A stretch of 63,466 nucleotides of DNA, counting the filler. It is 4 parts of 4 records of this genome, joined end to end, with 100 filler letters (N's around TTAATTAATTAA, not from the genome) between each part and the next. Parts side by side here need not be neighbours in the genome. Positions count along the whole stretch, not along the records: positions 8,804 to 36,463 come from SRR20825019_2409; positions 36,564 to 57,852 come from SRR20825019_2410; 2 more parts are not named here. One strand, given 5' to 3'. The position numbers and the translations under genes were made by a program. Shown piece by piece: positions 28,497-39,176 of the stretch; within the stretch, counting starts at the first letter, position 1; every line of letters begins with the position of its first letter. The notes beneath the pieces are model-generated. The model was given only the letters and a program-made list of their open reading frames with translations. It searched no databases and had not been told where the DNA came from.

Positions 28497-29414
28497 TCAG
28501 GCGGATTCTCCCAGCCAATCGCGGGGCTGCAGATATTTCGCGTAGAGTTCAGATTCAGGGGTATCGGGCTCCGGAGCCCAATTGTATTTCCAACTGACGA
28601 GTGGCGGCAGACTCATGAGAATCGATTCGGTGCGACCACCGCTCTGCAATCCGAAATGGGTGCCGCGATCCCAGACCAGATTGAACTCAACATAGCGACC
28701 GCGACGGTAAAGCTGGAACTCGCGTTCTCGTTCGTTGGTGGGACTCTCTTTGCGTCGGGCGACGATCGGTTGATAAGCGGGAATGAAGGCATCGCCGACA
28801 CTCCGCATCATGGCGAAACTTTGCTCAAACCCGAGTTCGTTGAAATCGTCGAAGAAGAGCCCGCCGATGCCGCGGGCTTCATCGCGGTGTTTCAGAAAAA
28901 AATACTCGTCGCACCATTTTTTAAAACGCGGGTAAAGCTCATCGCCAAACGGAGCGACGGCATCGCGCGCCGTGCGATGCCAATGGACCGCGTCTTCCTC
29001 GTTGCCGTAATAGGGCGTGAGATCGAATCCACCGCCAAACCACCAGATCGGATTGGGTCCGTCGGCATCGGCGATGAAGCAACGCACATTCGCATGACTG
29101 GTTGGGACGTGCGGGTTGCGAGGGTGGATGACGAGGGAGACGCCGAGTGCTTCCCAGCTTTTCCCCACGAGTTCGGGACGATGGGCGGTTGCGGACGGGG
29201 GGAGTTTGGTCCCGGTCACATGGGAGAATCCCACCCCGGCTTTTTCGAAAACTTTCCCGTCGGTGAGAATCCGTGACAGACCTCCACCGCCTTCCGGTCG
29301 GTTCCAGGTATCGCTCCCGAATTTTGCCTCACCGTCTTCCGCTTCCAACGCGGCGCAAATTCTCGATTGAAGATCGAGGAGGTAGGGACGAACAGTGGTG
29401 AAATCGGCGGCCAT
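28497..29414 (-). CDS. hemF: Oxygen-dependent coproporphyrinogen III oxidase
   Basis: Motifs [54 protein letters not shown]. Start moved to ATG 29414. Confidence 0.96.
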   Translation of the reverse strand: MAADFTTVRPYLLDLQSRICAALEAEDGEAKFGSDTWNRPEGGGGLSRILTDGKVFEKAGVGFSHVTGTKLPPSATAHRPELVGKSWEALGVSLVIHPRNPHVPTSHANVRCFIADADGPNPIWWFGGGFDLTPYYGNEEDAVHWHRTARDAVAPFGDELYPRFKKWCDEYFFLKHRDEARGIGGLFFDDFNELGFEQSFAMMRSVGDAFIPAYQPIVARRKESPTNEREREFQLYRRGRYVEFNLVWDRGTHFGLQSGGRTESILMSLPPLVSWKYNWAPEPDTPESELYAKYLQPRDWLGESA

Positions 29415-29584
29415 AGGAGCGAGCACGGAAACACAGATAGCCGGAGTTGAAAACCCCATTCATGAACCACCTCGACGTAAGAAGCCGGGCCGCTAGAGGG
29501 GTTCACATGGCGTAATTCGAGGGGGTTGACGACTTTGCTAGAGTGCGACTTCGTAGGCTTCGCTCTATCGCGTGCCGCAACCGC

Positions 29585-30307
29585 ATGAATTCGACCCTCC
29601 TCACCACCATCGCCGCTACGGGCTTCACCGTGGCGTTTTTTCATGCGGCGATTCCCACGCACTGGTTGCCATTCGTCTTGGTGTCACGGGCCCGTGGTTG
29701 GTCCAGAGGACGCACGATGGCCGTCGCGCTGTTTGCGGGACTGGGCCATGTGGCACTCACCACGCTACTCGGATTGTTGATTGCGTGGCTCGGCTTTCAG
29801 CTCGATGAAGAGATTGGTCATGCCTTTGCGCCGATTGCGGGTGGGGTTCTGATCTTAATCGGTCTCTATTACCTGTGGAAACAGGTTCGGGGCGGAGGGA
29901 TTTGTCATCACGCCATGCCCGGGAGTCACCATCAGGCCGATGAGCATTGTGGAGATGAACACGAACACGACAGCCACTGGGAGCACGAATTGAAAGACAG
30001 TCGGCTCGCCTCAATCAGCGCGGGAGATTGGACGGCGATCAGTGGGCTGTTTTTCATGCTCACGCTTTCGCCCTGCGAAGGGTTCCTGCCGGTGTATCTC
30101 TCCGCGGTGCAATTCGGTTGGACCGGCTTCGTGGTTCTCAGTCTGATCCTCGCCGTGGCGACACTTGCGGGGATGACGGTGTTTACCTGGCTGACATTGA
30201 TTGGTTTCGAGAAACTGAAGCTTAGCTACTTTGAAAAGTGGGAAGCAGGTTTACTCGGAACGATCTTTGTTTTGCTCGGAGCGATGTTCTTCGTGCTTGA
30301 GCACTAA
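29585..30307 (+). CDS. His-rich membrane protein, probable Ni/Co transporter-like
   Basis: HAAIPTHW motif, GLGH, a His-rich loop (CHHAMPGSHHQADEHCGDEHEHDSH), SPCE, and about six TM segments. Confidence 0.65.
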   Translation: MNSTLLTTIAATGFTVAFFHAAIPTHWLPFVLVSRARGWSRGRTMAVALFAGLGHVALTTLLGLLIAWLGFQLDEEIGHAFAPIAGGVLILIGLYYLWKQVRGGGICHHAMPGSHHQADEHCGDEHEHDSHWEHELKDSRLASISAGDWTAISGLFFMLTLSPCEGFLPVYLSAVQFGWTGFVVLSLILAVATLAGMTVFTWLTLIGFEKLKLSYFEKWEAGLLGTIFVLLGAMFFVLEH

Positions 30308-30343
30308 GAGACGGGGAGGAGCCACTTTACGCCGCGATTCCAT

Positions 30344-31354
30344 TTAGAGATCGGGAATCGAAAACTTAATCACCGGAGAGGACTCCTCTTCTGGCTCGGG
30401 CTCTTCCTGCGCGGTCTTTACTTCTGGTGGTGCCATTTGAATAGGTGATGCGGATTGCACGGGTGAAGGCATGGGGGCGAGCGATAAGGGGGAATTACTC
30501 ACGGGTAGGGAGGCGAAGCCTTTGGCAAGGAGTTCGGCTACCTTGAGGTCGCGCACCTTGCTCGAGGGTGATCCCATGCTCACGGCGATCACGCGTCTTC
30601 CATTGCGTGAGGCCGTGGCGGCGAGGCAGAAGCCGGCCCCGCGGGTATAGCCGGTCTTTAGTCCGTCAACTCCCGCGACCCGTTCGAGAAGATGGTTGTG
30701 ATTGCGCATGACAATGCGCCCTTTTGTTTCCCCTTCGCGGAAAGCGCGCACTTTGATGGAAGAGTATTTGAGCACGTCGGTATGAAGCACCAAGTGGCGG
30801 CTCAGGAGTGCGAGATCGCGAGGGGTGGTGAGATCTCCATCGGCAATTTTTCGATTGGAGGGCGGGAGGCCGTGAGGGCTGCGAAAATTGGTATGGGTCA
30901 TGCCGAGCTGACGGGCCCGGGCATTCATCATTTCGACAAAGGCATCAGGCGTGCCTCCGACCAATGTGGCGAGGGCATGGGCACAATCGTTAGCCGATTG
31001 AATCATCAGCGCATAGAGCATCTCTTCGACAGAAAACGATTCACCATGGGCGAGCCAAACCTGGGTGCCCCCGATTCGGGAACTTGCCGCGCTGACCGGA
31101 ACCTGGGTTTGTAACGTAAGCACCCCTTTTTTAAGCTGATCGTGCACGATCAGAAAGGTCATCAACTTTGTGATGCTCGCGGGCGGGGCCATGACATCGG
31201 CGTCATCCTCGAAGAGGATTTTCCCGCTCTGCGCATCAACGACGATGGCTCCTTTGTAAGCAGGGTCGGACGCGGCGGAGAGTGGCGCAGACCAGAATGG
31301 GGAAACCGAGAGTAGGCCGATCAACAGACAGCGACGCAGGAAAACCATGCACAA
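30344..31354 (-). CDS. D-alanyl-D-alanine carboxypeptidase (peptidase S11)
   Basis: SxxK (ASITK), SxN (SAND), HGL and KTG motifs; signal peptide. Confidence 0.92.
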   Translation of the reverse strand: MCMVFLRRCLLIGLLSVSPFWSAPLSAASDPAYKGAIVVDAQSGKILFEDDADVMAPPASITKLMTFLIVHDQLKKGVLTLQTQVPVSAASSRIGGTQVWLAHGESFSVEEMLYALMIQSANDCAHALATLVGGTPDAFVEMMNARARQLGMTHTNFRSPHGLPPSNRKIADGDLTTPRDLALLSRHLVLHTDVLKYSSIKVRAFREGETKGRIVMRNHNHLLERVAGVDGLKTGYTRGAGFCLAATASRNGRRVIAVSMGSPSSKVRDLKVAELLAKGFASLPVSNSPLSLAPMPSPVQSASPIQMAPPEVKTAQEEPEPEEESSPVIKFSIPDL

Positions 31355-31402
31355 GAGGGAGACCGCAAAACGGTTAAGTCGCGAGCGAAAACAAAACTAT
31401 GA

Positions 31403-33037
31403 TCAGGTGCTCAACTCGATCGGCTGCTCATGTATTTTGAGTTCTGGGTTTTTCTCGACGAAGTAATTCATCGACCATTCGTTGGGGAAGAGGACGATGG
31501 GATGATCGAATTTATCGGTGCCAAAACTAACTCCGCTGGCGACGACGATGGAGGAGGGATCATCGAGGCTCGGATGAGGCTCCAACCAGCGTAGGAGCGT
31601 CCAAGGTGAAGGCACGAGGGTGGACTCGGCTTTGTATTCGCCCCTGAGGCGATGTTGCACGACTTCGAATTGGAGGACGCCGACTGCGGCGAGCAAGGTC
31701 GCGCCGGGCGGCGCGTTGCGTGCCTGGAATGATTGCACGACACCTTCCTGCAGGAGTTGGTCGAGACCAGCGCGGTATTTTTTGGAATCCGCCGGAGTGG
31801 GATTGGAAATATACGAGAAGACTTCGGAGGGGAAACGCGGAATCTCGTCATAGGCGATGGTGCGGTCTTCGGTGAGGGTGTCGCCGATACCGAATTCATT
31901 GTGTCCGACGAGACCAATCACATCGCCCGGCCAGGCTTCGTCCACGGTTTCACGGTCCTGACCGAATAGTTTATGAGAGGAGGAGAGTCGGATGGTTTTA
32001 CCCGTGCGTTGATGCGTGACCGACATATCGCGGGTGAATTTGCCCGAGCAGACGCGGATAAAGGCGATGCGATCACGATGACGCGGATCCATGTTGGCCT
32101 GAATTTTGAAGACAAACCCGGAAAACTTTTCGTGGGTCACCGGGATCTCGCGCGCTTCGGTGGGAGCGGGCATGCCCGGCACCGTAATGCTGACCGATTT
32201 ACGGCTAGCCGGTGGGACCGAGTGATGGAGAAAGCCATTGAGGAGCAGTTGAATCCCGAAGTTGTTGATCGCCGAACCGAAATAGACGGGGGTCTGTTCG
32301 CCGGCGTGAATCGCCCGGAGATCGAAGGGATGACCGGCGCCGTCGAGCATCTCGAGTTGTTCCGTGACTTGACCGTAGGAATACTCATCGAGCTTGGCAC
32401 GCACCGTGGGATCCTCAATTGAAGAGACTTTCACCGGGGCTTGAAACGCGCCGCTGGGAACGCGGTCAAACAGGTGAACCCGCTTTTCCCGGCGATCGAA
32501 GACGCCTTTGAAGGTCGGACCATTGCCGAGAGGCCAGATGACGGGTGAAGCTTGGATACCCAGCACACTTTCGAGTTCATCGAGCAGATCGAGTGGATCT
32601 TTCATCGGCCGATCGCACTTGTTCATGAACGTGAAAATCGGCACGCCACGACGCCGGCAGACTTCGAATAACTTACGGGTTTGTGCTTCGACACCCTTGG
32701 CCGTGTCGATGACCATCAGCGCGGCATCCACGGCGGTGAGCACGCGGTAAGTGTCTTCCGAGAAATCCTTGTGGCCGGGGGTATCGAGTAGATTGACGGC
32801 GCAGCCTTCGTAATCGAATTGGAGGACGGTGGAGGAGATCGAAATGCCGCGTTGTTTCTCAATTTCCATCCAGTCCGACGCGGTCGCCCGGGCGTTTTTG
32901 CGATCCTTCACGGCACCTGCGAGGTGAATCGCGTTGCCGTAGAGAAGAAATTTCTCGGTCAACGTGGTTTTACCCGCATCCGGATGGGAGATGATGGCAA
33001 AGGTGCGGCGGCGGGCGATTTCCTGCTTAGGTGTCAT
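31403..33037 (-). CDS. prfC: Peptide chain release factor 3
   Basis: Motifs RRRTFAIISHPDAGKTT, DTPGHKDFSEDTYR, NKCD, FKIQANMDPRHRDRIAF, VGVLQFEV. Confidence 0.97.
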   Translation of the reverse strand: MTPKQEIARRRTFAIISHPDAGKTTLTEKFLLYGNAIHLAGAVKDRKNARATASDWMEIEKQRGISISSTVLQFDYEGCAVNLLDTPGHKDFSEDTYRVLTAVDAALMVIDTAKGVEAQTRKLFEVCRRRGVPIFTFMNKCDRPMKDPLDLLDELESVLGIQASPVIWPLGNGPTFKGVFDRREKRVHLFDRVPSGAFQAPVKVSSIEDPTVRAKLDEYSYGQVTEQLEMLDGAGHPFDLRAIHAGEQTPVYFGSAINNFGIQLLLNGFLHHSVPPASRKSVSITVPGMPAPTEAREIPVTHEKFSGFVFKIQANMDPRHRDRIAFIRVCSGKFTRDMSVTHQRTGKTIRLSSSHKLFGQDRETVDEAWPGDVIGLVGHNEFGIGDTLTEDRTIAYDEIPRFPSEVFSYISNPTPADSKKYRAGLDQLLQEGVVQSFQARNAPPGATLLAAVGVLQFEVVQHRLRGEYKAESTLVPSPWTLLRWLEPHPSLDDPSSIVVASGVSFGTDKFDHPIVLFPNEWSMNYFVEKNPELKIHEQPIELST

Positions 33038-33358
33038 GGCGAAAGAGAGAGCGAAGAGGGCGGATCGGTGTGGGGGAAGTCAAAACGTATTTGTATGAGT
33101 GCTGTGATCGACTGGGGATAAGACTCACGTCAGTGAGAATGATGCACAGTCTCTGCAAAACCTAGTGGGTTTGGCTTGCAGAACGTTACCCTAATTTTAA
33201 GCGATTTGTGATCTGGGGGCAGATCGGATCATGAAATATTCAGCTTTTTACGAATGAAGGGATGATTTTGGGGAATAATCTTACTTATTCACTTTACTTG
33301 AATCATCTAACCTAAAATAGGTGATACACCCTACTCATCTAATACGCGGCAATTACCT

Positions 33359-36300
33359 ATGATTCCATCTCAAGCCCCTGTGTCTAAGTGCCAACAAGAA
33401 TGGATAGGGGACATCGGTTCGCAGGATGCAGCGCTCAAGGGGGGCAGGCCAGATCGCCTCTCGTCATTGACTGGCCTCAGTCTTCCAAGTGGTGAGGTGT
33501 TGCGACAACTCTCTGTAATTCTGCTGCTTACGGCATCTTTAGGATTCGTAAGCACCGGACGGACTCAGGAAAATTTGCCGATGGGTCCGGAGATCGTGCA
33601 CGGCTCGGTGGAGATCGAGACAAGCGGTTCACAGATGAATGTGAATCAGCGAACCGATCATGGAATTGTTGAATGGGATTCGTTTAAAGTCGGCAATGGG
33701 TTTGGGGTGCATTTCGATAACGGCTCGGGTGCTACCCTCAATCGTGTGACGGGTGATGAGGGTTCATTTATCGATGGTTCCCTGACCGCGACCGGCAGCC
33801 TGTTTTTGCTCAATCGCAATGGGGTGGTTATCGGTGAAAACGGTCAGGTCCTCACTGGCGGTAGCTTTTTGGCCTCTACCATGGATATCACCAATGAGGA
33901 TTTTCTGAATGGCGGGGGCTTCAGTCTGATCGGCACCGACGAGGCCAGCGTTGTTAATCTCGGCCAAATCGGGTCGAGCGGCGGCAATGTGGTGTTGGCG
34001 GGATACACCGTGAGAAACGAAGGGTCGATCCAAGCTGATGCAGGACAGGTCGGCCTGCTTGCGGGCACTCGGATCGATGTCTTGGCGGACCTGAGTTGGA
34101 TGGGCGGCGCCTACGCCGTGAGTCTGGGTGAACGGGGCAATGACATCACCAACCTTGGCCGCATCGAGGCCATGATCGCCGAGCTGCGCACGCACAACGG
34201 CAATATTTACGCGCTGGCGGGTAACAACGACGGCCTGATTCAGGCGACGGGGGTGGCGACCGAGGGTGGTCGCGTGGTGCTCACGGCGGGAAACGGTCTC
34301 GTCGAAAGCGGCGGCACGATCGTCGCGACGAAAGGGGAGAACGGCGGATCCATCGAAATCGCCGCGAGTGAAGTGCATAACTTTGGAGGTTTGCAGGATG
34401 TGAGCGGAGCCACGGGCGGCTCGATTCAGATCACGACCGATTCCCTGATCGCAGACACCGAAATGCGGGCTGACGGCCTTACGGGCAGCGGCGGGTCCAT
34501 TGTGATCGACGCTGACGGGCAAACCCTACTCACGTCAGCCGGAGTGATTTCGGCGGATGGTGCCACCACGGGTGGCCAGGTTGTGATCGGTTCCGGCTCC
34601 GGCGCACTGATCGACTCGGCGACAATTTCCGCCAATGGCGGTGAAACGGGGGGACACGTGGCGCTACTGGGATCAGATGTGGCGTTGCTCGCCGGTCAGG
34701 TCAGCGCAGAAGGGGGCACTAAAGGGGGACGGATCGAGGTGGGTGGCGGTTATCAGGGCGGTGCGATTTGGGCCGCGGGATCGGCTCCGCTCAACTACAC
34801 GAATGCGAACTCTGTTTATGTGAGCGACCGCAGTCAGCTCAGTGCCGATGCAACAGCGGCGGGGGACGGGGGCCAACTCATTCTATGGTCGGACGGGACC
34901 ACGCAATTTTATGGTGAACTCTCTACTCGTGAAGGCTCCGCGGGCGGGACCGGCGGGTTGATTGAAACGTCCGGGCTGCAAGGCCTCGGCGGTGATGGCG
35001 TGGTGGATGCGGGACAGGACGGCGAGTGGCTGCAGGATCCGCGCAACATCATCATCGATGCGTCGACGGATGCGGTGACCCAGTTTCAGCGCTTGATCTC
35101 ACCGGTGGCGGCAGGCGGGCAAACCGCGGATCGCGAAGCGAGAAATGCGGCCGCGGGGATCGGCGTGAATTTCGGGTCCGTCATCGATATGGATGGGGAC
35201 ACTTTTGTGATCGGTGGGGCGCGGGAAGGGGTCTCGGGTTCCTATCCGGACACGGGCGTTTACGTGTTTGAAAACGGAGCCATCGTGGCGCGACTGTCGT
35301 CCACTCTGGGGGCGAGTAATCAAGCGGGTTTGGGGGACGTCGCCGTGGTGGACGATTTCGTGGCGTTTACGACGACGCACACGATCTTTGACGGAACGAC
35401 CTACAACGGCGCGGTCCATTTTTTCAGCAAGGGTGCGGGTTGGCAGAACGGGACGAACAACTTGTTTGGCACCAAACACAGTTGGGTTGCGGCCGACGGG
35501 ATCACTTTAAACGAGTTTGGCGAAGGACAGCTGGTGGGGTTTCAGGCCTCCAACGCAGGGGCTGGGGCGGTTGAGTTTGCCCTGGCGCTGCCGACCGCGG
35601 ATCTCGGCTCCTTGACCGATGCGGGTAATGTGACCTTCTTTTCAGTGAGTCCGAACGGGGGGAATCCTTCGGTCTCGTTGAGCGCAAATTTTTACGGGAG
35701 TGCGGCCAACCAGCAAGCGGGTTACTTTATCACGGCGGCGGACGATTCCGTGTTCTTCGGTCATCACTATGGTTCCTCGTTGAACAACACCGTTCATTTC
35801 GGTGGCAGTGGCTACGCGCTCAACACGACGAGTTTGGGGGTCGCGTCGGCCTACGACATGGCGGCGGCAGCCTCGGGGTCGCTTGCGAGTGGCGATCTGA
35901 CCTTGGCGCTGCGCACGGGGTCCGTGTTTAACATCTTCGAGTTGGAGTCGCAGGCTGGCAGCCTTGCGATCGCGGAAGCCGGGGTGTTTCGCTCCCCCAC
36001 GTTTGCGGATTACGTGAAGGACATCGCTTACTCCGGCGATACGTTGCTGGTCGGCGCACCCAACGCCAACAGCTCTGGCGGCGGCGCCTTGTTCTTTCGT
36101 GAACCGGCTGCCGGATGGGGCTCGCTGACTTCTTCCAGCTCCACCTACACCCCGGAACTGGTGATCAATGGGAGCGGCGGATACCAACCCGCAGGCTACG
36201 AATCCTTCAATGGTCAGATGGGCAGCGCGGTGGCCCTCGACGGGGACACCGCTCTGCTCGGCTTGCCAACCTGGCATGGCGGAGTTTTCACCAGCTCAAG

Positions 36301-36463
36301 CGGCGGGGCTTACGATGCGGCGGTGGGCGAAGTGCGGGTGGTGTCGCGCAATCCGGACGGTTCGTGGACGGGTGCCACCCACCAGATCGGCCTGCGCCCG
36401 GCCTCGGCCCTTACGCCGACGGATACGTCCTCCTGGTTCGGTCAGGCCGTGGCCATCGATGGG
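33359..36463 (+). CDS. Filamentous haemagglutinin N-terminal (TPS) domain protein with FG-GAP-like repeats (3'-truncated; start uncertain)
   Basis: LPMG..IVHG, WDSF, LNRV, LLNRNGVVIG; GG-x-I beta-helix repeats; GEWLQDP; FGSVIDMDGD, MGSAVALDGD, FGQAVAIDG. Confidence 0.85.
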
Positions 36464-36563
36464 NNNNNNNNNNNNNNNNNNNNNNNNNNNNNNNNNNNNN
36501 NNNNNNNTTAATTAATTAANNNNNNNNNNNNNNNNNNNNNNNNNNNNNNNNNNNNNNNNNNNN
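36464..36563. other. Artificial contig-joining spacer
   Basis: Same N44-TTAATTAATTAA-N44 linker. Confidence 0.98.
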
Positions 36564-36785
36564 CCCCCCCCCCCCCCCCCCCGGAGCCCCCGCGGAGTTC
36601 ACAACCAGTGGCAGTGCCGCGAATGACGGAGCGCGCGCAGCGCGGCCGACCGGGACCGGCCGCCTTCTTTCGGTATTTGGCTCATGAAGGTGTCAGTGGG
36701 ACTCTGGCGAACGGTTGTGGTTGCAAGACTTCAAACGCGTTAAGTAGTTGTACAGCCAAACTGCGGAAAGACAGTGTCAACAATA

Positions 36786-37058
36786 ATGGCCTCAAGCGAC
36801 GGTGGAGCAGCAGGGGCTTCAGAGCCCTTGACTGTAGACGGAACTCTCACGCATGCTGGCGCTGCGCACATATTTGAAATGGCGGGGAAGGATACTCTTA
36901 CTCTCACGGAGATTGATAAGTTCTGGGCCAAGATTCCCGACATCAACGCCTTGGGAATCAAACCCTTTTACATCGACGTGAAGAAAACTCCGAAAAAGAC
37001 CATGAACTTGAAGCAGTTCTGGCAGAAGCACCAGGCCATTATGAAGGAGTGGGAATGA
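36786..37058 (+). CDS. Small hypothetical eukaryotic protein (90 aa)
   Basis: ATG in an ATAATGG context, G/C-ending codon bias like neighbouring genes, AT-richer 3' flank. Weak resemblance to a degenerate EF-hand pair. Confidence 0.5.
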   Translation: MASSDGGAAGASEPLTVDGTLTHAGAAHIFEMAGKDTLTLTEIDKFWAKIPDINALGIKPFYIDVKKTPKKTMNLKQFWQKHQAIMKEWE

Positions 37059-37646
37059 TTCTGCGACGAAAACTGAACCGCTTCCTTGTGCTGCGGGGAC
37101 GTCTGGGCGCCGCCAGGCACAAATGGCCGGGTCCATTCCTCAAGTTCACCCAACTGAGGTCACTCAGGTGCTACTATTAATAACTATGTATGCTATGAAG
37201 TGGTTTCTTTACTAAATCCTGGTTGGCTATAAACTAGTACCGACTAGACCTCTCATCACCATGATGGCATCAAACTGGCTTGACTCGGCCTGCTGCTGGA
37301 CGCTGCTTAAGGCGGCCGGCTGTCCCACTGACCCCCTTCCATATTCACAAGTGCAGGTCGCGATACAAGGAGGCTACAGCTAGATAGACAGGACCAGCCG
37401 CGTCGCTCTATCATCACCCCCCGACTCCTGAATCACGCACATTTCACGGATATCTCCCCGGCACTATTCGTGATCTCACACGAGTGAATGCGAACGCAGG
37501 GTCTCAGGATTGCCCATTTCTTCCCGTCATGTTCGGGTTCCGAACGGTTAACACCCGCGACTCCGACTCCGACTCCGACTACCGCACGTATGGAGCAGGA
37601 GAGGAAAATACCGCGGGGACGACGGCCAGTCATTCATCATCATGGA

Positions 37647-39176
37647 TCACTCATCCTCATTGTATCTGTCGTAGTCCTTCCGCATCGCCTTTTCATAAAT
37701 GTCCTGCTGCTTCTCCGTCATCACCAACTTGCGTGTCTCCGGGGAAATGTCCGGGTGCCAGAGATCGATGATCATGATGGCCCGGTACTCATCGCTGTCA
37801 TTCCATACCTCATGTTCGAATGAATCGTCGAATATGAACACCTTCCCATTCTCCCACCGCTTGGTTGACGATCCCACGCGGATGCGCGCGCCGCCGTCCT
37901 TCGGGATGACAAGGCCAAGGTGGGCACGAAGACGCGCATTGGTAGGCCCGCAATGTGCCCGGATGTGGGTTTTCGGGGCGAGAACGGAGAACTTGAGATT
38001 GCCCCACGTGTTGGTGGTAATTTCTGGGAAGCGTTCAAACAGCTCTACCGTCTTGGGCACGCGCTTGAAGTTCTGGTAGTTGATCGCGCCGTTCGTAATG
38101 ATGTGGAACTCGGTCCAGTTGCCAGAGTCGTGCAGGAACTGCTTCTCAAAGCCCTTGTATGTTTTGACGGGGTCAGGGTTGTAGTTGGCATGGAACTCCG
38201 CCAGAATGGTCGGATATGCTTTCTCCACTTCGTTCACCCAGGAGAAGGCCTCCTTTTGCCAGAACGGGGCCGACCGGATGCCGCCCACCCTGAACTGCGG
38301 CCGCTGGAGCGGGCTTGGCCAATGGCCGCACTTGAAGCCGGTATTCTTGTACTCGGTGGCCTCGGGGGAGGACAAGGTGTCCAGGTTCTCGTGAACACCC
38401 AGCACCGAGACGAGTGCCTCGCGGATGCATGGCTCCGACTCGAGCGCCGCCTTGCAGAGGTGCTCCGCGACCATATATGACCCCACCGCCCCCTCGGCCC
38501 CGGAGTATGACTGAGCGAGGTTGGTCATCATGGTACCTGGGCTGTCAGCGGTGTTGATGCGATCGAGCCCGCTCATATACTGGTATGAAGACTGCAGCGC
38601 GTCGTTGACCTCGCCATGACACAGCCCGGTCGTGTGGCGTAGGCCCGAGTGGTTAGGGTACAGCGCCGCAGCAAAGCTCCCGACATCCGCGCACTCCTGC
38701 TGCCTGCCCGCCTCTCGCAACTTGGAGATAAGACTGAATGCCACCTGGTCGCCGTAGTTACCCTCGTCGCCTCTGGGCCCTCCACCCTCGACTATCATGT
38801 CCCATGCCTGCATGTGTGCCTTAAGAACCTCGTCGATATCTCGAGACAGCTCCGACATGACGTTGGCAAGGTTGTGATATGTCACTGCCCGCTTCCCGCC
38901 AGGCAGGCTCAGGGCAGTCCGATAAGACTCCTCGGCCTTAAGGTACTCGCGGCCGTCGTTCAGGGCCACGCCCAGGTTGATGTAGGCCTCTGGTCTGTGC
39001 GGCTCCAGCCTGATCGCCTCCTCCAGCAACGAAATGGACTGCTCTCGCGGGACCCTCAGTGCTTCGTTGATGAGGGCTGCAGCAGACTTGTGGGCGGCGG
39101 GCACTTGCGGCTGTAGCATGATAAGCACGAGCACTGCCCAGCACCCGCGTGGAAGCCTGACCTCCCCCGCACCCAT
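37647..39176 (-). CDS. TPR-containing aspartyl/asparaginyl beta-hydroxylase-like 2OG dioxygenase
   Basis: Signal-like N-terminus and TPRs (EAYINLGVAL, TYHNLANV). Catalytic motifs AHCGPTNARLRAHLGL and FDDSFEHEVW. Confidence 0.88.
   Translation of the reverse strand: MGAGEVRLPRGCWAVLVLIMLQPQVPAAHKSAAALINEALRVPREQSISLLEEAIRLEPHRPEAYINLGVALNDGREYLKAEESYRTALSLPGGKRAVTYHNLANVMSELSRDIDEVLKAHMQAWDMIVEGGGPRGDEGNYGDQVAFSLISKLREAGRQQECADVGSFAAALYPNHSGLRHTTGLCHGEVNDALQSSYQYMSGLDRINTADSPGTMMTNLAQSYSGAEGAVGSYMVAEHLCKAALESEPCIREALVSVLGVHENLDTLSSPEATEYKNTGFKCGHWPSPLQRPQFRVGGIRSAPFWQKEAFSWVNEVEKAYPTILAEFHANYNPDPVKTYKGFEKQFLHDSGNWTEFHIITNGAINYQNFKRVPKTVELFERFPEITTNTWGNLKFSVLAPKTHIRAHCGPTNARLRAHLGLVIPKDGGARIRVGSSTKRWENGKVFIFDDSFEHEVWNDSDEYRAIMIIDLWHPDISPETRKLVMTEKQQDIYEKAMRKDYDRYNEDE

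Noticed and set aside
36564-36582. 19-nt poly-C run
   Set aside because: It sits exactly at a contig start and is most likely a sequencing or assembly artefact.
37558-37580. (CGACTC)n short tandem repeat; also the 12-nt repeat x3 near 54793-54829
   Set aside because: These are simple micro/minisatellites (the latter encodes ATSP x3). They have no spacers, so they are not CRISPR arrays.
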